DNA of 64,000 bases, from NCBI GenBank assembly GCA_977018835.1, contig OZ361258.1:310001-374000 (forward strand), read 5' to 3'. Of this stretch, positions 12,663-23,469 are shown piece after piece. The DNA is from Minutocellus sp. GHC0000111 (taxonomy: Eukaryota). The position numbers and the translations under genes were made by a program. Every line of letters starts with the position of its first letter. Position 1 is the first letter of the stretch. The notes under the pieces were generated by a model, which was given only the letters and a program-made list of their open reading frames with translations, was not told where the DNA came from and ran no database searches.

Positions 12663-14189
12663 ATGCCCCCTCTCAAGATTGACGTCCAGGTGAACGAGGG
12701 TGCTTCGGCTCCCGTCGCCTCTGCCAAGGCTCCTCCTGCCGCTACTGCCTCCACGACGGAGCTCGAGGTCGACTACGATCACGACATCACCCGCCTCTAC
12801 GAGGCCCTCACCAACGAGGACTGGGACGAGGCCATCGACGCCGTCAAGTCGGCCCCCGCCGAGGCGCGGACGTGGGTGGTCCGTCACCATCCCGACGGGG
12901 AGATCATGTGGCGCTTCCTCCCCCTCCACTCGGCCTGCGCGCGTCAGCCTCCCGTCCAACTCGTCAGCGCCCTGCTGGACGCGTACCGTCCCGCGGCCTC
13001 GACGTGCGACGATCAGGGGTTGTATCCCCTCCACTACGCCGCTGGCAATCAGGCCAGTTCGGCCGTCATCAAGACCTTGCTGTTGAACCATCCCGATGCC
13101 ACCGCCGAGGCCGATCCGACCGGTATGCTCCCTCTGCACTACCTGGCCAAGTGGGGTCCATCCGACAAGCTTTGTTTGGACATTCTGCTTCTGACCAACC
13201 AAAAGGCGGCGTTGGACAAGACCGAGGAGGGTGAGACGGCATTGGAATTGGCGCTAGAGGGTGATGAGTACGAGGAGGACTTGAAGGAGGCCGTCATTAC
13301 CACCCTCCGGGCTCTGACTGGGGAGACTGCCGGTTTGGACGCCGAGCAGGGGCAGGAGGATGCCGTTTCCGAGGTTGCCACCGAGTCCATCGCCAAGGAT
13401 TCGGTCGATGGCCCGGCTGTCCAGAAGGCACTGTCGCTGGACCGTGAGGCCGCGGCTATTGCATCGTCTGAGGCCAAGGCTGCTCCCACCCAGCAAAAGT
13501 CGGAGTCCACCTCCAACCTCGCCGATCTCCAGAAAATCCACAGTCTCGAGAAGGAATTGGCCGCCCTCCGCGAGGAGCGCCGATCGACCGCCATCGCCCA
13601 TGAGCAGCAGCTGGCCACCGAAAAGGCCGAGCTCAAGGCCGAGATGCTCCTCCTCGAAGATCAAATTGCCAAGCTCCAATCAACCAACGAGGAACTGACC
13701 ACCGAACGTGCCAACAAGGACGAGTTCCTTCGCTACATCGAGGGCCGGTTGGCCGAGAAGGATTACGAGATCCTCAACATCCAAAAGTCATCCGAATCCA
13801 TCACCAAAGAACACGCCGACCTCAAGATCAAGTACGAGGCCCTCAAGGCCACGTCCGACGCCAACGACGTCCGACTTGCCACCTTGCAGCAGTCGGCCGC
13901 CACCCTCCTGGCCGAGCACGAGAAGATCACCGCCGCCGTTGCCAAGCGCGACGCTTTGTTCAAGGCCGCCACCAAGCGACGGCAGGAGAAGATGCAGGAG
14001 TTGATCAACATGGAGGTCGAGCTGACCAAGGAGGCTGTGGCCGATGAGCGAGAGGGTGAGGGCAGCTACTTGCACGGTGCCATTGAACGGCAGATGGAGG
14101 AGATGACTCTCGTGAGAACCACCGTCGAGGATGCCATTGCCGGTGTCGTCCTCGAGACCACCGAGGTTGCAGAGAATGAGGAGATCTAA
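12663..14189 (+). CDS. Ankyrin-repeat protein with a long C-terminal coiled coil
   Basis: LPLHSAC, YPLHYAA, LPLHYLA and TALELA ankyrin motifs; E/K/L heptad-rich C-terminus; strong C-ending codon bias. Confidence 0.9.
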   Translation: MPPLKIDVQVNEGASAPVASAKAPPAATASTTELEVDYDHDITRLYEALTNEDWDEAIDAVKSAPAEARTWVVRHHPDGEIMWRFLPLHSACARQPPVQLVSALLDAYRPAASTCDDQGLYPLHYAAGNQASSAVIKTLLLNHPDATAEADPTGMLPLHYLAKWGPSDKLCLDILLLTNQKAALDKTEEGETALELALEGDEYEEDLKEAVITTLRALTGETAGLDAEQGQEDAVSEVATESIAKDSVDGPAVQKALSLDREAAAIASSEAKAAPTQQKSESTSNLADLQKIHSLEKELAALREERRSTAIAHEQQLATEKAELKAEMLLLEDQIAKLQSTNEELTTERANKDEFLRYIEGRLAEKDYEILNIQKSSESITKEHADLKIKYEALKATSDANDVRLATLQQSAATLLAEHEKITAAVAKRDALFKAATKRRQEKMQELINMEVELTKEAVADEREGEGSYLHGAIERQMEEMTLVRTTVEDAIAGVVLETTEVAENEEI

Positions 14190-16936
14190 ACCCCACTTCA
14201 TTTCCCCCCACCAAATTCACGATGCAACGATGACAAGAATGTCGAATCAAACCAAATCCAATTTTGACTTTTGAGAGGAGTGGAGGAAATGGAGAGGGAA
14301 TATATGTTTTTGAACGAAACAAATGTACCAGTAGTGGAATGTGAGGAAATAAGGCAGCAGCCTCGCCTCCTGATGCGATGGCGCTCCATCAAGTAACTCA
14401 GATTATGAATAATAAAAAGTAAAAAAGAACACAATGGCAAAATGTATTTTTATTATAATAATAGTAAGCGGCTCCTTTGGACCCTTGGACCCTGCATGAT
14501 CGAACAACTATTGGGGCCACGAGCCCACAGAGATTATCCCCTATGCCTGCAATAACGACAGAAAAGATCCCGTGCTTGCGATTTCACCGCAGCTACCACT
14601 GCTTGTGTCGCATGATACATAGGTAGGTCTGATAAAGTGTGACTCAGTTGTGGTTCTTGCAGCTATTTCTTGTGTTATAATCCACAAACCGTCGTGGAGG
14701 TCGGTGGCTACCAAAAATTCGGTAAAATTGGCGGTTTTCGGGACTGTTTCGTCTCAAATGTTCTTGGAAAGGACGCTGAAGATAGCCCAGTACCATTCAA
14801 ATCATGAGTGGATGTAATGAATCGTCTTTTGGTGCCCTTGTGGTGCAGTAGTTGTAAGTAAGTGTAGGCCAGTATCAACATAGAGGATGTATTTGTGTGA
14901 CATCAAAAATCTGGCGCCAACCTCCTTTAACTCTCGGTATTGGCACCGTCTTTAAAAAGACAAGGAAATTATTCTAGTACAGCTAATACCCGTCGAATTC
15001 AGTTAGGTATGTCTCTTGAGGGATCACTATGCTTGTGGTGTTGCATTCATGATTATTTGTGGAGTCTTTAGCCTTGACCCTTGGTGGAGGTCGCCGGAAT
15101 TCTATATTTTTTGTCAAGATTGAGCAATTTTCAGGCTGTTTCGGCTCTCTTTCTTCGAAAGACGACAGCAAAGACCGCCCATAGTTACATCAATTGCCTA
15201 GTAGCATTTGAAGGGGTCTTTTTTTATTGTCCCCAGCTATACTCGTTCTTATTTCTTGTCATATGGTACCAGTACTAAACGGCGAGAAGAGACGAAAATT
15301 CACGCCGACCTCGCCGAAGTTCCTATCCGCATGTCGTCATCAAATCGTCAAGGTTTGCAGCAAGCCCGCGAAACTTTCCATCAAAAAGCCATCTGATACC
15401 ATAATTAGGCAGGGATGATAATGTGTAGCATCTAAAGTCGGTCGTTGATGCCAAACTGTTCCCGAAGCGACAAAAAATTATGCCGAGAAAGGTCAGGAGA
15501 AACAGAAAAAAAAGCGATTTCTGAGGACATTGTTACGCCAAAGCTGATCATACTGCCACAAAGGACACGCCACAAGGCTTTCGATCGATCAGTGGTATCA
15601 TTTGCCGCCTTTTGATAATCTCCATCTGTATTGGTTGTGAATCTTTCTCGTGTAGGAGCACCATGGAGTTCTCCGTAAATTTTCCTTGAGAGTCGTCAAC
15701 CGCCACAAGATATCATTGTCTAGCCAACAAATTATCATCAAATGGAGAAATCCCGCGAAACATTCCATTGGCAAATCCTCCTATGCTATATCGAAGCGAC
15801 GATAATGATCTACTGCAGTAAACTCCCAACGGAACGTCCCTATCTTTCCTAGTTTGCTCAAAAATTATCTGTCGAGGCGCCAATGAAAGGAAAAACGACA
15901 TAATTTTCATACCGATCTGTCTCAATTCCTGCTCATATTAGTACAAACAACATTTCCTGAACACGTACTTTGATCGGGTATGCTAAGAGTCGGCATTTGA
16001 TACCCTTCCCATGCAGTAGTTGTAATTCCTGGTGGGTCAGTATCAATATTGGAATTTCGACTCAGCAACCTGAGAATCGAAGCGCTGACCTCCACGAAGA
16101 ACTCAGATGCTGACAAAACCACCATTACTTACAGCAACCCCGCGAAACTTTTCATCAATGGACCACGTCATATCATATCTGGGCAGGGGTAATGTGCTGA
16201 TGTGGTGAATGGACGGGGATGGTCCCAAGCTATCATCATGTTGGAAATTTTGACCTTCCTGAAGGACAAACTTATTCTCCACATGTGCAACTGGGCCGTA
16301 GTTTGGCCGAGCTATCAACCCAATTGCCAGTAGAATGCCACCAGACCTCAGCTTGGGTACATATCGCCCGAATGTAAGCCTCGGTATCGTCAATTTGGTG
16401 TAGACGGGCATACCTATTGAGAAAATGAAATCCTGGTGGAGAAGTTGAGAGGAATCTGGAGGTATGGGTTTCACCACTTGTCATTTTGCGAGAAAGCAAT
16501 GGGTTGCAAACACAAACTCAACAATCAACACATGCACTTCCACTCTTTAGTACACGTATTGACAGGTTTGAACGAGATTCAGCACCTTGCTAACCAATTT
16601 CAAGAACCATCGCCCATGAACTGATAGTGGCGGTCATCTCAACATCAGAAAATGTACGACAGATGCAGAGAGCCCAACGAAATGGTACACTTTCGAACAC
16701 CCAACCCGCAGGAGACGCTCATCAATTGATCCAGTAGTATTATGGGAAAGAAATATCCAAAGTTGAGTGGCAGCCCATACTGGCTTGGTTCCCATTTATG
16801 GCCACACCGTCATTGAGCTGGTCCCCACCGCAGCCACAGAACAAAGGGCACTTCACTTTCAGTTTGATGTTTTTCTTGAGAACAATCGATACATTCTACA
16901 GCTGTAATTTGTGATCTCCAACGGCCACATCACGTC

Positions 16937-17980
16937 ATGACAGCGAATCAACCTGTGCCTAACGGCCTCGCCGCTGGTAACATCAGCCGCGCAAATTCGC
17001 AGGTGACATTGGATTCCACGTTCAACCCAAAGGCTGGTGCTACTTCTGCCAGCACCAGCACTGCAACTTCTCATTCCACAAAGATCAAGTCTTCCACCGT
17101 ACGCGAGCCCTACGACCTGAAGAAATCGCGCGAGTACTACCACTTCCTCTTCGGTGCCCTCCTCTCGTACGTCATCATCGGCCTTTGGGTTTGGTCTACC
17201 GCTCGCTTCATGATCGAGATACAAAAACTCGAGAAAGGCCCCTGCAACGGAACTGTTATCGACGAAAATGCGACCCTCGCAACCGAGTGCAACGACAAAC
17301 GCAATGACCTCTTCTCGAGTACGCTCAGCACTATTCACAACGTCACCTTCGGCCTACTTTCAGCTGTCGTCGTTTACCAGCTTGGAGATCAAACGTCAAG
17401 GGATGGGGGTGGTCTATACGGCAAGTTTCAGAACTTCATCGACGGCCACAAAGATGATGTGAAAGAATGGATCGGCGACATGGAAGATGCTGGGAAAGAT
17501 GTCAGGAAACTAATCAAAGACAAGAAGGGCGTGGTAGAAAGGTCAAGCTATTTCTTCAAAAAAGTTGGTGAGGGCCTTTATAACTTCATTCCCTGGTGTA
17601 TGAAGATAGTTTATTACTTGAGTATCCAGTTTGTCATCTGGACCACACGTATCTCCGTCCTGGCATGGATCGTCAATGGTCTGAACTGCCTCATATTTGG
17701 TGCTCTCAATGGCGCCATCAATGCTGGTCCACTCCACACCACCGGCCAGGCCTGGTTGGGCATCGCTATTACAACTACCTTCTCGTTCTTCGGAGTTGAC
17801 GAGAAGGGCAAAGAGGGCGAATCGGAGACAGCGGCAACGACGAAGGATGGCATGTCGTCGAGAATGTCTAGTCAGATGGAACTAATATCCCAGAACGCTG
17901 CGCCTGAAGAAAATGGAGGCAGAGGAGACGAGCAGGCCGACAACGACATTGAAAACGGGGACGTCGCAGGTACAGGATAG
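16937..17980 (+). CDS. Multi-pass membrane protein of unknown function
   Basis: Intact 347-aa ORF with about 4-5 hydrophobic segments. Confidence 0.75.
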   Translation: MTANQPVPNGLAAGNISRANSQVTLDSTFNPKAGATSASTSTATSHSTKIKSSTVREPYDLKKSREYYHFLFGALLSYVIIGLWVWSTARFMIEIQKLEKGPCNGTVIDENATLATECNDKRNDLFSSTLSTIHNVTFGLLSAVVVYQLGDQTSRDGGGLYGKFQNFIDGHKDDVKEWIGDMEDAGKDVRKLIKDKKGVVERSSYFFKKVGEGLYNFIPWCMKIVYYLSIQFVIWTTRISVLAWIVNGLNCLIFGALNGAINAGPLHTTGQAWLGIAITTTFSFFGVDEKGKEGESETAATTKDGMSSRMSSQMELISQNAAPEENGGRGDEQADNDIENGDVAGTG

Positions 17981-18192
17981 GAAGAAGAGATACGCAGGGG
18001 CTCAATTGAGCCCCCTGTGTTACAAAATGCTATATATCATTGCTCAGTTGCGTTGCAAAAAAATCATCTTTATATTTTGTACAGGGACTCAATATATGTG
18101 CGCATGTGCTACAAAATCTTAGAATCTAGCTAGAGAAGACTAAATATAATATAATTTGACTGTCTACCGATACTAGTCTAGTAATACATTGG

Positions 18193-20444
18193 CTATTTTA
18201 AGCTATCGGCGGTGGTAAAGACACTCTTCGCTGCCGCATTCTTCTCCTGCGACGGTGGTATGCCGAGAAATGTTCTCAGCTCACCCATAAGTGCATCAGG
18301 AGACTCCCACGGTAGCATTGCCTTACCATCTATGACAACTGTCTTTTCATTCGCCATTTTGGTGGAATACGGAGCCAAGCCAAAGCCCGGTCTCTTGTCC
18401 TTCACAACCTTATCTGCCGAGCCAGCGATGATCAGCGTAAGTCGCCTCAACCTGCGAAGATCGTCCTCAAATGATCGATGGAATAGATCGCCCGAGTTCA
18501 TGGCAATGATCGGATTCCGTGCCTCCTTTGTCGTTCTTTCCTTGGCCGTTGCAATGTCGATGAAGCGCTCCTCTGGCGAGGACTTGAAGAATTCACGCAT
18601 CTTTAGCCAATACCCTACCTTTGATTCGAGATAGTTGAAGTAAAAGTCTGCTGCTGGACCAATGTTGTCCATATGTCTTCTTTGTCGTTCTTCTTCCGTG
18701 GTGAATTCTGTCGTCAACCTCTCCCAACACGGCGGAGACAACAAGACCAAATGCGACACCGCACCTTCGTTTCTTGTCGCAAGTTTGATGCCGATAGGAG
18801 CAACGCCATTCTGAGCTACCACAACACATCGGTGCATTTGATTGAATCCCTTGTTTTGCATCAGCCGCTCAATGCCCTGAACCCAGCCCATAGGAACCTG
18901 CAAATTGCGCCTGGCTGGATTCCATGGATCTCCGCCGTTTTCCAATCCGCAACCAATAAGATCGGGAGCGATGATTTCGCCGGGATATCTCTCAAATATC
19001 TTTTCCCAGAACCACGACGATTGGCCCACACCGATGCCATGGATAAGAAGGAGAGTTGGGTAGAAATAACTCTGACCAGGCTCGGCGGGCTTATGGCGAT
19101 ACGTTAAGGTGCACCCTTCGTGTTGATACGTGAGCGGCTTGGGCATGTTGAGGATGACGTTGGTGGTTCTGGCGTCATCTTCCTGCTGCTGTTTCTCCTG
19201 AGCGGCCACTATTTCGCTCAGTATTGCTCCACCGGACGACTCCTCGCCGTAGCTGCCCCAAACGAAGTCGCCATCGTCCAAATCGTCATCACCCGTGGCA
19301 GTTACAGCCTTGCAACTGCTACCGTCTGCCGAATGCTCCTCCAAAAAAGTACGGAGAACATTTCGAGTCTCCACCGGACTCTCCCATGGTAGTGCGGCCT
19401 TGCCATCGATCGTTGCCATGGCTGCATTGGGCATGTTCATCAAATACTCTTGTCTTGCTCGATTTCGCTTATCATCGGCATCTCCCACCAATATCAACGT
19501 CGGCTGCTCTATGTGGCGCAATTCCTAATCGTAGCTCTTATCGAACAGCGCGCCAGAGTTGAAGCTGGCAATCGTTCCTCTTGCCTCCTTGGTGACCCGG
19601 CCTCGTTCGGTGGCAAAGCTCACAAACTGATCATCCAGCCGTCGTTTGAAGTACCGGCGCATGTAGGCCTTGAACCCCAGAGGCGTTTCGAGAGCGTCGT
19701 AAAACGTGTACGAAACCGGACTGGTGTAGGCCTTGTACTTTTTGAATCTATGCTCCAACGGCAGGGGCTGGGTGATCTCTTTCCACGTCGGTGGAGTGAT
19801 GAGGATGAGATGGCTAATGATTTGTGGATTGCGCTTGGCCAGTTCGATGGCCACCGGTGCCATTCCACCCTGCGATACCAGTACGCAGGTCGATGTTTGT
19901 GCTAACGAGGCGGATGTGCTACTAGGAATGACCTTGTCGTGAATCAACGTCTCAATCGCCTCAACATAGGCCAACGTGGTGGACTGATCGGCCCGAGCGG
20001 GCACTTCCGCGCCCGGATTCCACACGTCGTTGCCATTCTCCAAACCACACCCCAGCAAGTCGGGGGCATACAACGCGTTGGGTCCGTTCCAGTAATTGAT
20101 GAATTGTTTGTAGTACCACGATGACAGACCGATGCCGATGGGATGCAATAGAACGATCGGCGGCGATGATGATTGTGGAATTGGTTGTTGTGTTGGGTCA
20201 GATTCAGGTGGGATCGAGGCAGGGCGGTATCGATAACTGCACTTGTATCCCTGATGTTTGTAGGGTTTGACTATTCCAAAGAGTGAAGATGTGGATGATG
20301 GTGACGACGAGGGAGATGTCGATCTGACTTTTAATATTGGAGATGCATTTTGTTGCGGTCGCTGAAAGGCTTGTGTAGTTATGTCGGTAGAATAGCAACC
20401 TGTCCAATCAATAGGAGGAAGGCGACGGTAGTTCGATGTCTCAT
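18193..20444 (-). pseudogene. Plastid-targeted tandem double alpha/beta-hydrolase-fold protein with a frameshift (~20385) and an in-frame TAG (19525-19527)
   Basis: ATG at 20444 gives MRHRTTVAFLLLIG, then a frameshift to TTQAF. The two domains are homologous (LHPIGIGLSSWY / IHGIGVGQSSWF; APDLLGCG / APDLIGCG; LPWESP x2). The sequence reads ALFDKSYD*ELRHIEQP in frame. Confidence 0.75.
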
Positions 20445-21103
20445 TGTAGCCGTCTAAGAAATAGAAGTAGCAGCCTTGGACAAAGGATGTGCTCTAATCA
20501 ACAGTAAAGGGTTGAATTGCACGTGTTCCTTGCCAAGGAAGGTCTTGGAGGGAGATTTGTGAGGCGGCCGGGGCATCGAAAACCGCTGTCCCCCGCATAA
20601 CCAGCTCGACTCAATGTCCAGACAAGAAGTACGCTGCGCCTAAGGTAAAATACTGAAAGCCAGCCAAGCAAGACAAATCCCACAAATTGGCATAAAAAAT
20701 ATATCGCAACACTTAATAAGAACCCGGAAACAACCACAGCATTGGAGGCAGTGCGGCAGTGCGGCGTGCTCTTGGAAATTTGGCGAAGTAACGAGAGTGC
20801 CGTTGCCTTTGCGAGACTCATTTTGCACACCGCGTAATTGATCCGGTCGATACCAGTCAGTTCCGCCCAGTCATATCCTCTTGAAACTAACCTGTCGCAG
20901 CACGTCGCTCCGATAGAAGTTAATCCGAGAGAACCCATTGTTTGCTAGCACCAGTATCCGCGTATCTTGCGTGATAACACGTCTTGCGTTGCTTGTTGGC
21001 TTTCGAACACATATCGTGCCGTTTTTTTCTGTTCCGTGGGGGAAAGAAAGAATAACCGCCGTTTTACTCAGCACATTTGCCATACAACAAATATTGAAAA
21101 ATC

Positions 21104-23229
21104 ATGATGAGCCCTCTCGATGTTGAGGCTGCCGCCCCCGAGGCCACCAAAAAGATCCAGCCCAAGCCGTCCTTTGCACGCAAGTGGGGTCCCGCCATGA
21201 TCGCCATCGCCGTCGTCGTGGCCATCAATGCGGCCCTCCTCGGACCGACCGGTTCCAAGATTCCCGCCCTCAGCGAACGGCACGAGGCCGCCCGCGAACT
21301 GCGCGAGGCCCGGACCCAGGCCATCCTCGACATGGACTACGATCCCGAGGCCGACCTGAAGCGCGGCCGGGACACCGCCTCGACCCTTCGCGACGTCCGC
21401 CGATCGCTGAGCACCGCCGACACCTCCACCTCCGACGCCGTCATGGAGTACACCCGCCGCCGCCACCGCGTCCTCGGCGACTACACCCACGTCGACGTGT
21501 CCGACCAGTTCACCGCCTTTGGCAAGTGGTCCGTCACCGTCATCTACTTCGCCTACTGGGTCTTCCTCATGTTCCCCAACTGGTTCCTCCCCATCGGCCG
21601 GCCCGGCATCGCCCTCGGCGGTGGTCTGACCATGGTCGTCTGGCGGTACATCCTCTTTGTGTCCGGACAGGGCCCCGTCTTCGATGCCGAGCGCGTCATT
21701 ATCATGGAACCCTTGTTCCTCCTCTTTGGTCTCATGCTCACCACCATCTACCTCGAGAAGATGGAACGCGGCGGTCTGTTCGACAAGTTGCGCGACAGCC
21801 TCGACGATCCCATCAGTTGGAAGCGTTCCGCCAAGATTATGGCCATGAGTACCATTGGTTCGGCGGCCGTCATGAACGATTCCGTCGTGCTCATCTTCAG
21901 TGGTGTCGTTGTTGATCTTTGCGTCCGTCACAAGGTGAGTTAGGATGATATCCTACAAGTGGTTGATTTGACCCCTCCCCTGGCTGTCGCAAATGTTCTT
22001 TCTTCTATTGGGTTATTTTTTATTGTGATACGATATTCTTTGGCACACATGGTATCTCACAATCTTTCCCTTCTCTTCCACTCAAACATACATAAAAATA
22101 CACACCACAGGTCGCCAACTCCCTCCCCTACCTCCTGTCGCTCGCCACCACCGCCAACATCGGTTCCGGCCTTACCATGACCGGCAACCCCCAGAACATC
22201 CTCGTCGTTTCCCTTGCCTACGACGACATTGGCTGGGCCGAGTTCGCCTCCAACATGATCCTTCCCGTCATCGCCGCCTCCATCATCAACACCGCCATGA
22301 TGTTCATCTACTACGGCTCCGAGCTGTTCCCCGGTTCCTCCGGCGTCGTCGAGAACTTTGGCATCATGTTCGCCGGCAAGAAGACTCCCGAGATGCTCGC
22401 CAAGGAGAATGCCTACTACGCCCGTCAGGCCGCCGTCAAGGAGGCCGCCGCCGAGGAGGGCGAGGAGCCCACCGGATGGTCCATCTGGTCCAAGCTTCAG
22501 GTCCTCGTCGTCCTCGTCTTCCTCGTCTTCTTCGCTCTCGGTTTCGACGTCTGCGTCGTCTCCATCTGCGCCGGTGCCATCCTCATGGTCATGGCCGCCT
22601 ACAAGCGTCAGCACTACGATCCCCGCCCCGACAACACCGAGTACGATGCCGAGGGCAACCCCCTCCCCATCAAGAAGACGTACGACATGGACGGCAACGA
22701 GATCGAGCCCGAGGAGGAGGAGCTCGTTACCGAGTCCGAGACCACTCTTACCGAGGTTGATTACGGTCTGCTCATGCTTTTCATTGGCCAGTTCCTGCTC
22801 ATCGGTTCCTTTGATGATACCGGTATTCCTCAGGCCTTCTTCTCGGTCACCATGGGTGGATGTGCCGATCAGATGACCTCCGTTCCTTGCGTGTACTGGT
22901 TCGTGATGATTGTTACCATTCTTTCCAACATTGCCTCCAACGTTCCCGTTGTGCAGATGCTTGCCGCTACCTTCCCCTATGCCACTCCTTACGATTGGAT
23001 GCAGGTTTCGTTCTCGGCCACCATTGCCGGTAACCTTACCATGCTGGGTTCGGCTGCCAACATGATTGTCGCTTTCCAGGCCGCCAAGGTTGGTGACCGA
23101 ACCTTCACCAGTGAGCGTCATGCTCCCTTTGGTATCCCCAGTTGTTTGGCCTGTCTGTATGCTGGTACCTTCCTCCTCACCATGGTCCACTTCTCACCGG
23201 AGTGCTCCGAGCGTCTGGGAGAGTGCTAA
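21104..23229 (+). CDS. LSI2: Lsi2-like putative silicon/arsenite efflux transporter (ArsB/NhaD/CitMHS superfamily); exons 21104-21934 and 22111-23229
   Basis: Motifs LPIGRPGIAL, LLFGLML, MNDS, PYLLSLATTANIGSGLTMTGNPQN, LSNIASNVP and TIAGNLTMLGSAANMIV. Phase-0 intron GTGAGT..CACAG at 21935-22110. Confidence 0.85.
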
Positions 23230-23469
23230 AAACTGGGTTGAGTACATACAAATATATATGTTATCGTCCTAGCTAGAGTTGCGGCTACCGACTTGGCCGC
23301 TTTTGGATATGATATGAAGTGAAAAATCGATTGAAATGAATTCTTTTGTTGTTTGTCCGAGCAGCTTTTGGGTGTGCACTAGCATAAGGCAAATAACGAA
23401 GATACTAGGAATAATGCATACTGTTAACTTGATCAGGATCATTTCGATTCTGGGAAGGCTTGGCTTGCC

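Noticed and set aside
21068..23190. Long antisense ORFs opposite the Lsi2-like gene (similar ones lie opposite the ankyrin, ProRS, NDUFV2 and lumenal genes)
   Set aside because: Shadow ORFs produced by strong C-ending codon bias on the sense strand.
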